Source: an uncultured Desulfobacteraceae bacterium (GTDB lineage Bacteria > Desulfobacterota > DSM-4660 > Desulfatiglandales > Desulfatiglandaceae). Taken from it: a stretch of 34,444 nucleotides of DNA. Under the pieces are notes generated by a model, which had not been told where the DNA came from, did no database searches, and saw nothing but the letters and a program-made list of their open reading frames with translations. Shown here piece after piece: positions 8,762 to 16,998 of this stretch (position 1 is its first letter; the number at the start of each line of letters is the position of its first letter). The translations under genes and the position numbers were made by a program. The stretch is taken from positions 1-34,444 of the forward strand of contig CAZCVB010000001.1 of assembly GCA_964501805.1 (NCBI GenBank), in the 5' to 3' direction.

Positions 8762-9166
8762 TCAGGAAAAGGCCGGCCCCAGGGCCGCGACCCTGTCCGT
8801 CATTTCCCGGGCCGCCTCTACGAGGCGTTGGCCCTTTCCCGCGTAAAGATTGAACACATCGATTCTTTCCGGCTCGATCCCTACCTCTTCCAGGATCTTC
8901 TTTACGTGGGCCACCCGTTTGGCCGCCTGTGTGATCCCGCTGATATACCGGCAGCTGTCTTCCTGGCAGCCCGCGACATATACGCCGTCCGCGCCTTCCT
9001 CGAACGGTTTCAGGAGGTGCAGGATTTCAATTCGACCGGTACAGGGAACTTCGATGACCTTGACGTTATCCGGCAGGGCCAGATTCAACCCCTGTGCCAC
9101 GTTGGCGGCCGATGACGCGCAGTTGGAACAATGAAAGGCGATAATCCGGGGTTTGAAATCACTCAT
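8762..9166 (-). CDS. mvhD: MvhD/FlpD-like iron-sulfur protein (methyl-viologen-reducing hydrogenase delta subunit family)
   Basis: 134-aa ORF with RIIAFHCSNCA, VIEVPCTGR and GADGVYVAGCQEDSCRY, the typical MvhD Cys pattern. Confidence 0.85.
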   Translation of the reverse strand: MSDFKPRIIAFHCSNCASSAANVAQGLNLALPDNVKVIEVPCTGRIEILHLLKPFEEGADGVYVAGCQEDSCRYISGITQAAKRVAHVKKILEEVGIEPERIDVFNLYAGKGQRLVEAAREMTDRVAALGPAFS

Positions 9167-9217
9167 ATTATCGACTCCTTGACGTGTTTGTGGTGTGAGA
9201 CATCGGTTCCCGCCGCC

Positions 9218-11959
9218 CTATGCCGTCTCCATGAGAAGGGAGGGGGCCGCGGTCAGCATCCGGTCACCGCAGGTGGACATGACGATGGCCTTTCCCGGAC
9301 ACTCGGCCACGCACATGCCGCATCCCCTGCATAGACCCGGATCGATAAACGCCGCGCCGGTTTCATGATCGATATAGGGCACGCCGAACGGACAGGTCCG
9401 GACGCAGGTGCAGCAGACCGCGCATTTTTCCGGCATGACCTCTGCCACTGCGCCGCCCGCCTCTACCGTGTCCTGTGCAAGGACCTCAAGGGCCCGCGCG
9501 GCGGCGGCCCTCGCCTGGGCGATGCTCTCCGCCGTGTCTTTCGGGTAGGCGGCGAGCCCGGCCATGTAGATTCCTTCGGTGCTGGTGTCCACCGGTTTCA
9601 TCTTTTCCGGAGACTCGGACAGGAACCCGTTTTCATCCAGGTTGAGCCTGAAAATACGGGCCAGTTCCGGGTTGTTCGTTCCCCTGATGGCGCTCTGGAG
9701 GGAGATGAAATCGGCTTCGATGCGGATCTTTCCGTCCAGGATCGGGTCAAAGACCGTCACATTCAGCCGGTCCGTGTTTTCGGCGGGTTCCACCACCGGT
9801 TTGGCGTCCAGGTCGTAGCGGATGAATATGATGCCTTTTTCCCGCGCCTCCCGGTAAAGGTTTTCCCTTTCCCCGAAGGTCCGCATCTCCCGGTACAGGA
9901 TATAGATGTTCATGTCCGGGTTGCCCTGTTTCAGGTCGATGGCGGTCCTGACGGCGAACGAGCAGCAAAAATTGCTGCAATGGGCGCAGGACGGTTCCCT
10001 GGATCCCACGCACTGGATGAAGACGGCGGTGCCGGCCGCCTCGAAGGCCTTCGGGTCTTCCATCATCCGGGCGCTCAACTCGGACCAGAGATAAACGTTT
10101 TTGTTGGCGCCGTAAAGATATTCCCCGGGCTTCAGCGGATCCCCGCCCGGTGCCAGAATCGCCACGCCGTGGGTGATCTCCCGGTCCCCGTCGGCCGTGG
10201 ACAGGGTGGTGACGAACCGGCCGGCGAATCCCCGGTTCGACTTGACCGTGGTTCCGGTCATTACCGTGATATCGTTTCGGGCCTCCACGGCGGAGATCAA
10301 ATCCTCCAGATATTTCCGGGCGTCGAGGCCGTCCCATGTGGCGCGGACGTGACGCCCGTGGCCGCCCAGGACGTTTTCCTTTTCCACCAGCGTGACGGGA
10401 AAGCCTTCGCGGGCCAGGGAAAGAGCGCTTTCAAGTCCCGCAACGCCGCCTCCCACCACCAGGGCGTTTTTTTCTACGGGCACCTCCCGCGCGGGCGGAG
10501 GCGAACTCAACATTGCGCGGCCGACGCCCAGGCGGAGCCGCTCCCGGATCTGCGGGCCCGGATCGCCGGCGTCCAGGAGTCTCAGGTCGACGGTTTCGTA
10601 CATACAGGGATGGATCCCCGAGCTCCTGAGGGCCTCCTCGATGGGGCCCTGGAATACGCAGGGGGTGCACCCGGCAAATGCCAGCCGGTTGGCGCCGGTC
10701 TTTTTCAGGGCCTCGGCAATGGCGCTCCGGACGTCTCCCCCGGTCCCCGAAACCCCGACCACGCCGGACAGTCCCTTGGCGTGGGCCTCAATGGTCCGCC
10801 CCAGGTCTTCGGGCATCCCCGGGCAGAGATGGTAGGCCACCAGCACCGCGGGCGTCTCATCCGGAGAGGATGAACATTCGGGGTATTCGGCCGGCGGAGA
10901 GAATGTCTCCGCGTCCAGGCATGCCGCGATTTCCGATACCGCCGCGGCCGCCTGTGTAACGGACTGTCCGATATCGATGGGACCCGACATGCCGCCCGCG
11001 ACGAATATCCCCGGTATGCTGGTCGAAACGGGGCTGAACGGCGGTGTCGCCACGAATCCCGCATCGTTCATATCCACGCCGATCTTCCGGGCCAGGGCCA
11101 CGGCGTCCTCCGGCGGCCTGAGTCCCACCGACAGAACCACCAGGTCGAAGGTCTCCTGGTGCAGGGTCCCGGCGTCGTCCGCGTACGATATGGCCAGGTC
11201 GTCGCTCCCGGGGACCGGGTCCACCGTATGCACCCGGCTGCGTACCAGGTTCACGCCCCTGGACTTCGCCGCGTTCAGGTAGTCCTCGAATCCTTTCCCG
11301 TGGGTTCGCATGTCCATGTAAAAAATGGTCGTTTCGATATCTTCGTTGGTTTCCTTCGTGTTTACGGCCTCTTTGAGGGCGTGCATGCAGCACACGGAAG
11401 AGCAGTAGGGCGCGTCGCAGCGGTTGATATCGCGGGATCCCACGCACTGGAGCCATGCGACCTTTTCGGGCGCCTTGCCGTCCGAAGGCCGTTTCGGGAC
11501 GCCCCGTTCCGGTCCCAGGGGCTTTTGCGCCTGTTCATATTCGACGCTGGTAATGACGTTGGCCAGGCGTCCATACGCGTACGTGTCGTACCGGGAGGGT
11601 TCAAAGGTCTCGATTCCCGCCGCCAGGACCACGGCGCCGACCCGGATTTCTTCTTCCCGGTCCCCGGTGGAAAGGGATACCTTGAAGTCTCCCAGCTCGC
11701 CCGAGATGTCGGACACCGAGGTATCCACCATCACACGGATGTTGGGATCCTGCTGGCATGCCGCGATCCTCGGGTCGAGTTTGCAGCAGGTGCAGAGGGG
11801 GTAAATCCGGTACAGGCCGGACATCATTCCGCCGAGGGCGGCCGTCCGCTCCACCAGATATACGCCGTATCCGGCGTCAGAAAGGGAAAGGGAAGCCTGG
11901 ATCCCGGCGATCCCGCCGCCCAGCACCATCACGAAGCCTTTCGGTTTGTCTTGACCCAT
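9218..11959 (-). CDS. hdrA: HdrA-like FAD/Fe-S oxidoreductase: tandem fusion of two HdrA modules plus a C-terminal 2x[4Fe-4S] ferredoxin domain
   Basis: There are two GxGxxG folds (VLGGGIAGIQ, VVGGGVAGLE) and two QCVGSR...CC motifs. The C-terminus is CAVCCTCVRTCP...CRGCGMCVAECP. The track ORF reaches 12019, but ATG 11959 (MGQDKPKGFVMVLGGG) has GGAGA 9 nt upstream. Confidence 0.85.
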   Translation of the reverse strand: MGQDKPKGFVMVLGGGIAGIQASLSLSDAGYGVYLVERTAALGGMMSGLYRIYPLCTCCKLDPRIAACQQDPNIRVMVDTSVSDISGELGDFKVSLSTGDREEEIRVGAVVLAAGIETFEPSRYDTYAYGRLANVITSVEYEQAQKPLGPERGVPKRPSDGKAPEKVAWLQCVGSRDINRCDAPYCSSVCCMHALKEAVNTKETNEDIETTIFYMDMRTHGKGFEDYLNAAKSRGVNLVRSRVHTVDPVPGSDDLAISYADDAGTLHQETFDLVVLSVGLRPPEDAVALARKIGVDMNDAGFVATPPFSPVSTSIPGIFVAGGMSGPIDIGQSVTQAAAAVSEIAACLDAETFSPPAEYPECSSSPDETPAVLVAYHLCPGMPEDLGRTIEAHAKGLSGVVGVSGTGGDVRSAIAEALKKTGANRLAFAGCTPCVFQGPIEEALRSSGIHPCMYETVDLRLLDAGDPGPQIRERLRLGVGRAMLSSPPPAREVPVEKNALVVGGGVAGLESALSLAREGFPVTLVEKENVLGGHGRHVRATWDGLDARKYLEDLISAVEARNDITVMTGTTVKSNRGFAGRFVTTLSTADGDREITHGVAILAPGGDPLKPGEYLYGANKNVYLWSELSARMMEDPKAFEAAGTAVFIQCVGSREPSCAHCSNFCCSFAVRTAIDLKQGNPDMNIYILYREMRTFGERENLYREAREKGIIFIRYDLDAKPVVEPAENTDRLNVTVFDPILDGKIRIEADFISLQSAIRGTNNPELARIFRLNLDENGFLSESPEKMKPVDTSTEGIYMAGLAAYPKDTAESIAQARAAAARALEVLAQDTVEAGGAVAEVMPEKCAVCCTCVRTCPFGVPYIDHETGAAFIDPGLCRGCGMCVAECPGKAIVMSTCGDRMLTAAPSLLMETA

Positions 11960-12433
11960 AACATTGTCTCCTGGTTGAAAAACGATTGGTTCGGAACCGC
12001 TGAAAAACGCCTTTTTCATTCAATCCGCCGGAGGCGGACAAGAGTTGTATTCCCCGCCCCTTGGGGCGTTCAATACTTTTGGTGATACCCCGTTGCCTGC
12101 GGCGGGGTCGTTCATTTTCCGCACCTTCCCAGGCACCCGCGCACAGGCGGACCTCACGGCGCATCCCGCCGGGGCCGGACCTGAAACCGGTCCGCTGCAG
12201 TAGCGCGCTCCCGGACAGGGCACTGTTCCTTACGGTGGGGAGGCCTTGATTCTTTTCAGATGTTTGAGATTTCCATCCGGCGATAATTCGGATAAGCTGG
12301 GCATCGTCTATTTTATAAGGATCTCAAAGGGTGGCCGTTGCCGTCACGGGCGGGAGAAGCCGCGGACCCTTCCAAACGCGGTTGTCGTCCCGTTTTACCG
12401 GGACACGCGCCGTGAACCGAAACAAGGGGCGTT

Positions 12434-12445
12434 CTTTGATCAAAG
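12434..12445. promoter_or_regulatory. Perfect 12-bp palindrome CTTTGATCAAAG (candidate operator)
   Basis: Read directly from the sequence. It lies in the roughly 650-bp non-coding region between divergent hdrA and the small-ORF cluster. Confidence 0.3.
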
Positions 12446-12564
12446 GCCGAGCGTCTTCGAACCCTGTTTGTGAATTTCGTTACATGTGCCACAGCCCCTG
12501 CGGGCTGTCAAGGAAAAAGTTGGCCGGGCGGGGATACATGAAAAAAGATAATGGGTTTGAATAC

Positions 12565-12593
12565 TTGATAATTCCCGTTCTTTCTGGTAGCCT
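12565..12593 (+). promoter_or_regulatory. Candidate sigma70 promoter for the small-ORF cluster
   Basis: TTGATA (12565-12570), a 17-nt spacer, then TAGCCT (12588-12593). It is about 80 nt upstream of ATG 12671. Confidence 0.3.
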
Positions 12594-12670
12594 GAACCGG
12601 TATTGGCCCGGAGATCGATTTCGGGTCGTTCCGGGCGGACCCGTGGATGACCGGCGGACGGGAGGGGCCC

Positions 12671-12865
12671 ATGGCGAGGAACTGCTGCTGGAATTGCAAG
12701 TATTATATCGTGAAAGGCGACAACGAGCCCGCCGTATTGCAGAGCGCGACGTCGAATGTCTGCACCTATAGCGAGGATAAGGATTCGGACCGCACCTGGG
12801 AAGAACGGGCCTGCCCCACGCCTCCCGGTTATGTCTGCCGTCATTACAGTGAGCGGTTCTATTGA
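12671..12865 (+). CDS. Hypothetical 64-aa Cys-rich protein
   Basis: ATG preceded by GGGAGGGG (spacing 3-5 nt). Sequence is MARNCCWNCKYY...VCTY...ACPTPPGYVCRHY, with 6 Cys. Third positions are G/C-biased. The track ORF starts earlier, at 12647. Confidence 0.5.
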   Translation: MARNCCWNCKYYIVKGDNEPAVLQSATSNVCTYSEDKDSDRTWEERACPTPPGYVCRHYSERFY

Positions 12866-12983
12866 TCCCGGCGGTCGCTCCTGCTTTCGGCAGGCGCCGT
12901 ATCTATCCGTGAACACGTGTCCGGAAACGGTTTTCCCTCCCGGAGCGGGGACGGCGTGTTCGCGTCGGGAGGTTTTCAGGAAA

Positions 12984-13328
12984 ATGCCGATTTACGAGTA
13001 TGAATGCCGGGCCTGCGGCCGACAGTTTCAGCGCCTGGTGTTGAACCGGAAGGAAGCATCGGACCCGGCCTGTCCCGGGTGCGGCGGGACACGTGTCCGG
13101 AAGCTGATTTCCATGACCGCATATCATGTTTCGGAGCGCGACCGCATCGATGCCTACGATCCGAAGACGGCGGCCCGGGACGAGCGTTTTTTCAGGGACA
13201 GCCGCAATATCGGTCTCCATGCCAGGAAGAGGGCCCGGGAAATGGGCGTGGACCTGGGAGAACGATTTGAAACCAAGCTGGAAAAACTGCGAACCGACCC
13301 GGGAAGCATCCTCCGGGACGGGGAGTGA
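12984..13328 (+). CDS. FmdB-family zinc-ribbon protein (CxxC...CxxC)
   Basis: MPIYEYECRACGRQF...ACPGCGGTRVRKLIS is the signature N-terminus of the FmdB/CxxC_CxxC_SSSS family. GGGAGG lies 11 nt upstream. The track ORF N-terminal extension (from 12756) is discounted. Confidence 0.75.
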   Translation: MPIYEYECRACGRQFQRLVLNRKEASDPACPGCGGTRVRKLISMTAYHVSERDRIDAYDPKTAARDERFFRDSRNIGLHARKRAREMGVDLGERFETKLEKLRTDPGSILRDGE

Positions 13329-13437
13329 AACGCATTTTTCGCCGCCGGCCTTCCCGGGGAACCCTTTTTCAGCCCTGCGGAATGGTGCCGGGGCTTTTGA
13401 GAAATCACGCCATGATATACGAAGCGTCGGGTGTTGC

Positions 13438-13746
13438 ATGACAGCAGAAGGCGATATCGTACTTGTCTACTACCAGGAAAAGCCGTCCGTTTATGCGCGG
13501 GTCGAATCCATTACACCCGATGTGAAAAAAGACTGGTATCGCCTGCGGCTGCTGCTCCTCACCATTCCCGCGCAGGAGGTCACCTGGATCCTGCGCGGGG
13601 AATACATCAACGGGGATCCCTTTACCATGGGAGGGGAGTCCGTTCGGCTGGAGAAACTGGCGGCGACGGGCGCGCCCGGCGGCGGGCCCGGCGATAAAAA
13701 GGACCCTGGAGATCCCGCAAAGGTGATTCCCTTCCGGAAAAAATAG
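13438..13746 (+). CDS. Hypothetical 102-aa protein
   Basis: The ATG-initiated ORF MTAEGDIVLVYYQEKPSVYARVESITPDVKKDWYRLRLLLL... has coding-like G/C3 bias and a Gly/Pro/Lys-rich tail. No family recognised. The longer track ORF (13126) overlaps the fmdB-like gene and is discounted. Confidence 0.5.
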   Translation: MTAEGDIVLVYYQEKPSVYARVESITPDVKKDWYRLRLLLLTIPAQEVTWILRGEYINGDPFTMGGESVRLEKLAATGAPGGGPGDKKDPGDPAKVIPFRKK

Positions 13747-13853
13747 TTCGGACAGAGCGGAACCGCGTCAGGAAAAGTCGATCCGGGAACCGGCGGGGAT
13801 TTTCCTCCGCAACCCGGGCGGTATCCGTCATCCGCGGGACGATACGGGACGAC

Positions 13854-14042
13854 ATGAGCGCATTGCGGATATTTGTTTTGAGGGCCCTGCTTTCCGCCCT
13901 TTTTGCTTTTTTGATCTGCCGCGTCTTTTTCCAGGCGTCGCAGCCGGGTACGGTGGCGGGGCTCGGCGCGATCCTGCTGGGCGCCGCCTATCTGTTCGAG
14001 TATGTAAGAAAACGCGAGAGAGGGAGAGGCCATGGGAGCTGA
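13854..14042 (+). CDS. Possible 62-aa two-helix membrane peptide overlapping the ppdK start
   Basis: MSALRIFVLRALLSALFAFLICRVFF...VAGLGAILLGAAYLF has two hydrophobic stretches and a basic tail. Its stop overlaps the ppdK ATG by 11 nt. SD is weak. Confidence 0.3.
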   Translation: MSALRIFVLRALLSALFAFLICRVFFQASQPGTVAGLGAILLGAAYLFEYVRKRERGRGHGS

Positions 14043-16830
14043 AAAAAAATATGTGTACGCGTTTGAGGAAGGCAGCGGAAAGGACAAGAAACTCCTGGGC
14101 GGAAAAGGCGCCAACCTGTGCGAGATGACCCGCATCGGCCTTCCGGTACCGCCGGGATTCGTTATCACCACCGAGGCGTGCCTGGCGTATCTGTCGCAGA
14201 AAAAAGAGAAACTGCAGCCGGAACTGGTCCGCCAGATCCGGGCGGCCATGGCCGACCTGGAGAAAAAGACCGGGAAGCGCTTCGGGGATCCTGAAAATCC
14301 CCTCTTGGTCTCCGTGAGGTCCGGCGCAGCCATCTCCATGCCGGGCATGATGGACACGATCCTCAACCTGGGTCTCAACGACAAGGCGGTAAAGGGGCTC
14401 ATCCGGCAGACCAAAAACGAGCGGTTCGTTTTTGACCTGTACCGCCGCCTGATACAGCTCTTCGGATCCGTCGGGCTCGGCGTGCGGGACGAGGTCTTCG
14501 ACGAAATATTCAGTGAGATAAAAGACCGCTACAATGCCAAAGAGGACGTGGACCTGGATGCCAAGGCCCTCCGGGAAGCCAGCGAACGCTTCCTGGACGC
14601 CGTCGAAGAGGCGACCGGCACGCCCTTCCCCCAGGATCCCTATGCGCAGCTGGAAATGGCGGTGGAAGCGGTCTTTAAATCGTGGACCGGGAAACGGGCG
14701 GTGGATTACCGGAGGGAATTCAGGATTACCCGGGACATGGCCGACGGAACGGCCGTCAACGTGTGCACCATGGTCTTCGGGAACATGGGGGACGACAGCG
14801 CCACCGGCGTGGCCTTTACAAGAGATCCGGCCACGGGGGACAACCGGTTCTTCGGTGAATACATGATCAATGCCCAGGGCGAGGACGTGGTGGCGGGCAT
14901 CCGTACGCCCAAGCCGATCCGGAAACTCAGAAGGGAAATGCCCCATGTCTACCCGGAACTGGAAAAGCTGCGCCATACCCTGGAAAATCATTACCGGGAA
15001 GTCCAGGACATCGAGTTTACCATCGAAAAGGGAAAACTTTACTGCCTCCAGACCCGGAACGCCAAGATGAACGCCTCGGCCATGATCAAGACCTCCATAG
15101 ACATGGTGAACGAGGGTCTCATCTCCGAGGAAGAGGCCCTGCTCCGGGTGCAGCCGGACATGCTGGCCCAGCTCCTGTTTCCGCGCCTGGATCCGAAGGC
15201 CAAGGTGGAGGTCCTTGCCACGGGTCTTCCCGCGTCCCCGGGGGCCGCATCCGGGAAGATCGTGTTCGACGCGGACCGGGCGGAAAGCAAGGCGAAACTC
15301 GGCGAAAAGGTGGTGCTCCTGCGGGAAGAGACCAAGCCGGAAGACATTCACGGGTTTTTCGCATCCCAGGGGATCCTGACCAGCCGCGGGGGAAAGACCT
15401 CCCACGCGGCGGTGGTGGCCCGAAGCATGGGGAAGCCCTGTGTTTCCGGGTGCGAGGCCATCGAAATCAACATGGCGGCGCGGGAGGCGACCATCTCAGG
15501 GGTCACCCTCCGGGAAGGGGATATCATCACCATAGACGGGAGCAGCGGAAACATCTATCAGGGAATGGTCCCCACCATTGAGCCGGAGTTCGTGGAAGAC
15601 CTCCTGGTCCTGCTGGAATGGGCGGACGAAATCAGCGAACTCAAGGTGATGGCCAACGCGGACACCCCGGACGCGGTGAAAAAGGCCCGGAAATACGGCG
15701 CCATGGGCATCGGGCTCTGCCGGACCGAGCGGATGTTCAATCATCCGGAACGGCTGCCAATGGTTCAGGAGATGATCCTCGCCGAGACCCGAAAAGAGCG
15801 CGAAGCCGCCCTGGCCCGGCTTCTCCCGTTTCAGCGGGAGGATTTCAAGGAGATTTTCCGGATCATGGACGGGTACCCGGTCACCATACGGCTGCTGGAC
15901 CCCCCCATCCATGAATTTCTGCCCTCGGCCGAAGAGTTGATGGATGAGATCGAACACCTGAGAGGGCTGAAGGAAACCGTGGAGCGCATGGCCAGGCTCC
16001 CGGACACGCTGAAGATTCTCGATCCCGAATTGTACGACCGGTACGACGCCAACCTGGAGGCCATTATCCGCGGCCTGGAAGAACTCAAGAACAGGCACCT
16101 GGCCAAAACCCTGATCGAGTCCAAGGAAGCCGTATTGAGAAAGGTCCGAAACCTGGCCGAAATCAATCCCATGCTCGGGCACCGGGGGGTGCGGCTGGGG
16201 ATCACCTATCCGGAGATCTACAGCATGCAGATCCGGGCCATCCTCGAGGCGGCCGCGGAACACATCAGGGAAGGCGGCGCCATCGATCCCGCCATCATGG
16301 TGCCCCAGGTGTGTACCCTGGAGGAGCTGAAATGGGTCCATCGCTATGTGACAAAAATACACCGGCAGGTGGAAAAGAAACTCGATATCCAGGTGCCGTA
16401 CCGGTTCGGAACCATGGTGGAGGTAGTCCGGGCGTGCATGCGGGCCGGCCGCCTGGCCGAGCTGGCCGAATTCATGTCCTTCGGCACCAACGATCTCACC
16501 CAGGCGACGTTTTCCTTTTCACGGGAAGACGCGGAGAACAAGTTCCTGCCCCTGTACAAGGACCATGAAATCCTCCAGCACAACCCGTTCGAGGTGCTGG
16601 ACATCAAGGGCGTGGGCCGATTGATGATGATTACCGTCGAATGGGCCAGGAAGACGCGGGAGGGCATGGAGATGGGGATCTGCGGCGAGCAGGGCGGCCA
16701 TCCCGACGCCATCCGGTTCTGCCATCACATCAAGATGAGTTACGTCTCCTGTTCACCGCCGAGAGTGCCCATCGCCCGCCTGGCGGCCGCCCACGCCAAG
16801 CTCAGGGAGGCGGAATACACCCTGGCCTGA
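14032..16830 (+). CDS. ppdK: Pyruvate, phosphate dikinase
   Basis: 932-aa ORF. The N-terminus is KKYVYAFEEG...LLGGKGANLCEMTRIGLPVPPGF. The phospho-His motif is GGKTSHAAVVARSMG. The C-terminal PEP-utilising domain is FMSFGTNDLTQ. GGGAGAGG SD upstream. Confidence 0.95.
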   Translation: MGAEKKYVYAFEEGSGKDKKLLGGKGANLCEMTRIGLPVPPGFVITTEACLAYLSQKKEKLQPELVRQIRAAMADLEKKTGKRFGDPENPLLVSVRSGAAISMPGMMDTILNLGLNDKAVKGLIRQTKNERFVFDLYRRLIQLFGSVGLGVRDEVFDEIFSEIKDRYNAKEDVDLDAKALREASERFLDAVEEATGTPFPQDPYAQLEMAVEAVFKSWTGKRAVDYRREFRITRDMADGTAVNVCTMVFGNMGDDSATGVAFTRDPATGDNRFFGEYMINAQGEDVVAGIRTPKPIRKLRREMPHVYPELEKLRHTLENHYREVQDIEFTIEKGKLYCLQTRNAKMNASAMIKTSIDMVNEGLISEEEALLRVQPDMLAQLLFPRLDPKAKVEVLATGLPASPGAASGKIVFDADRAESKAKLGEKVVLLREETKPEDIHGFFASQGILTSRGGKTSHAAVVARSMGKPCVSGCEAIEINMAAREATISGVTLREGDIITIDGSSGNIYQGMVPTIEPEFVEDLLVLLEWADEISELKVMANADTPDAVKKARKYGAMGIGLCRTERMFNHPERLPMVQEMILAETRKEREAALARLLPFQREDFKEIFRIMDGYPVTIRLLDPPIHEFLPSAEELMDEIEHLRGLKETVERMARLPDTLKILDPELYDRYDANLEAIIRGLEELKNRHLAKTLIESKEAVLRKVRNLAEINPMLGHRGVRLGITYPEIYSMQIRAILEAAAEHIREGGAIDPAIMVPQVCTLEELKWVHRYVTKIHRQVEKKLDIQVPYRFGTMVEVVRACMRAGRLAELAEFMSFGTNDLTQATFSFSREDAENKFLPLYKDHEILQHNPFEVLDIKGVGRLMMITVEWARKTREGMEMGICGEQGGHPDAIRFCHHIKMSYVSCSPPRVPIARLAAAHAKLREAEYTLA

Positions 16831-16998
16831 GCCGGGTTTTCCCCTTTTCCCGGCACCCTCTCACGGCCTCCGGCCCGGGTGATCGCGGGTCGGCCGGTGG
16901 GGAAAGGTCCGGATGGGATATGGAGTTTTGAAACGTCGGGATAAACCAATCTAAGGACGATTCCGTCCAGGTCAAGGGACGCGCCCCATGGAGAAAAA

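Noticed and set aside
12331-12771. 146-aa plus-strand ORF (and 12440-12916 on the minus strand) in the hdrA upstream region
   Set aside because: The translation is Arg/Gly-rich and motif-free. It crosses hairpins and promoter-like AT-rich sequence and overlaps the better-supported 64-aa ORF in another frame.
13383-13399. Sigma54-like TGGTGC-N-CTTTTG sequence. Other TGGCAC occurrences were noted at 12487-12492 (minus strand), 30213 and 33737.
   Set aside because: None has a correctly spaced TTGC at -12. Most lie inside coding regions. No credible sigma54 promoter was found in the window.
13828-15405. 525-aa ORF antisense to ppdK (also 13491-14414 and 15496-16362)
   Set aside because: It is antisense to an unmistakable pyruvate phosphate dikinase, and the translation is low-complexity.
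16831-16854. Hairpin GCCGGG-12 nt-CCCGGC right after the ppdK stop as a terminator
   Set aside because: The 12-nt T/C loop is large and no U-tract follows the stem. It is at best a weak or non-canonical terminator.
16899-16912. GGGGAAAGGTCCGG, resembling the RNase P RNA GGAAAGUCCGG core
   Set aside because: It has one extra base relative to the conserved motif. The intergenic space is only 168 nt, far too short for an RNase P RNA of about 350-400 nt.
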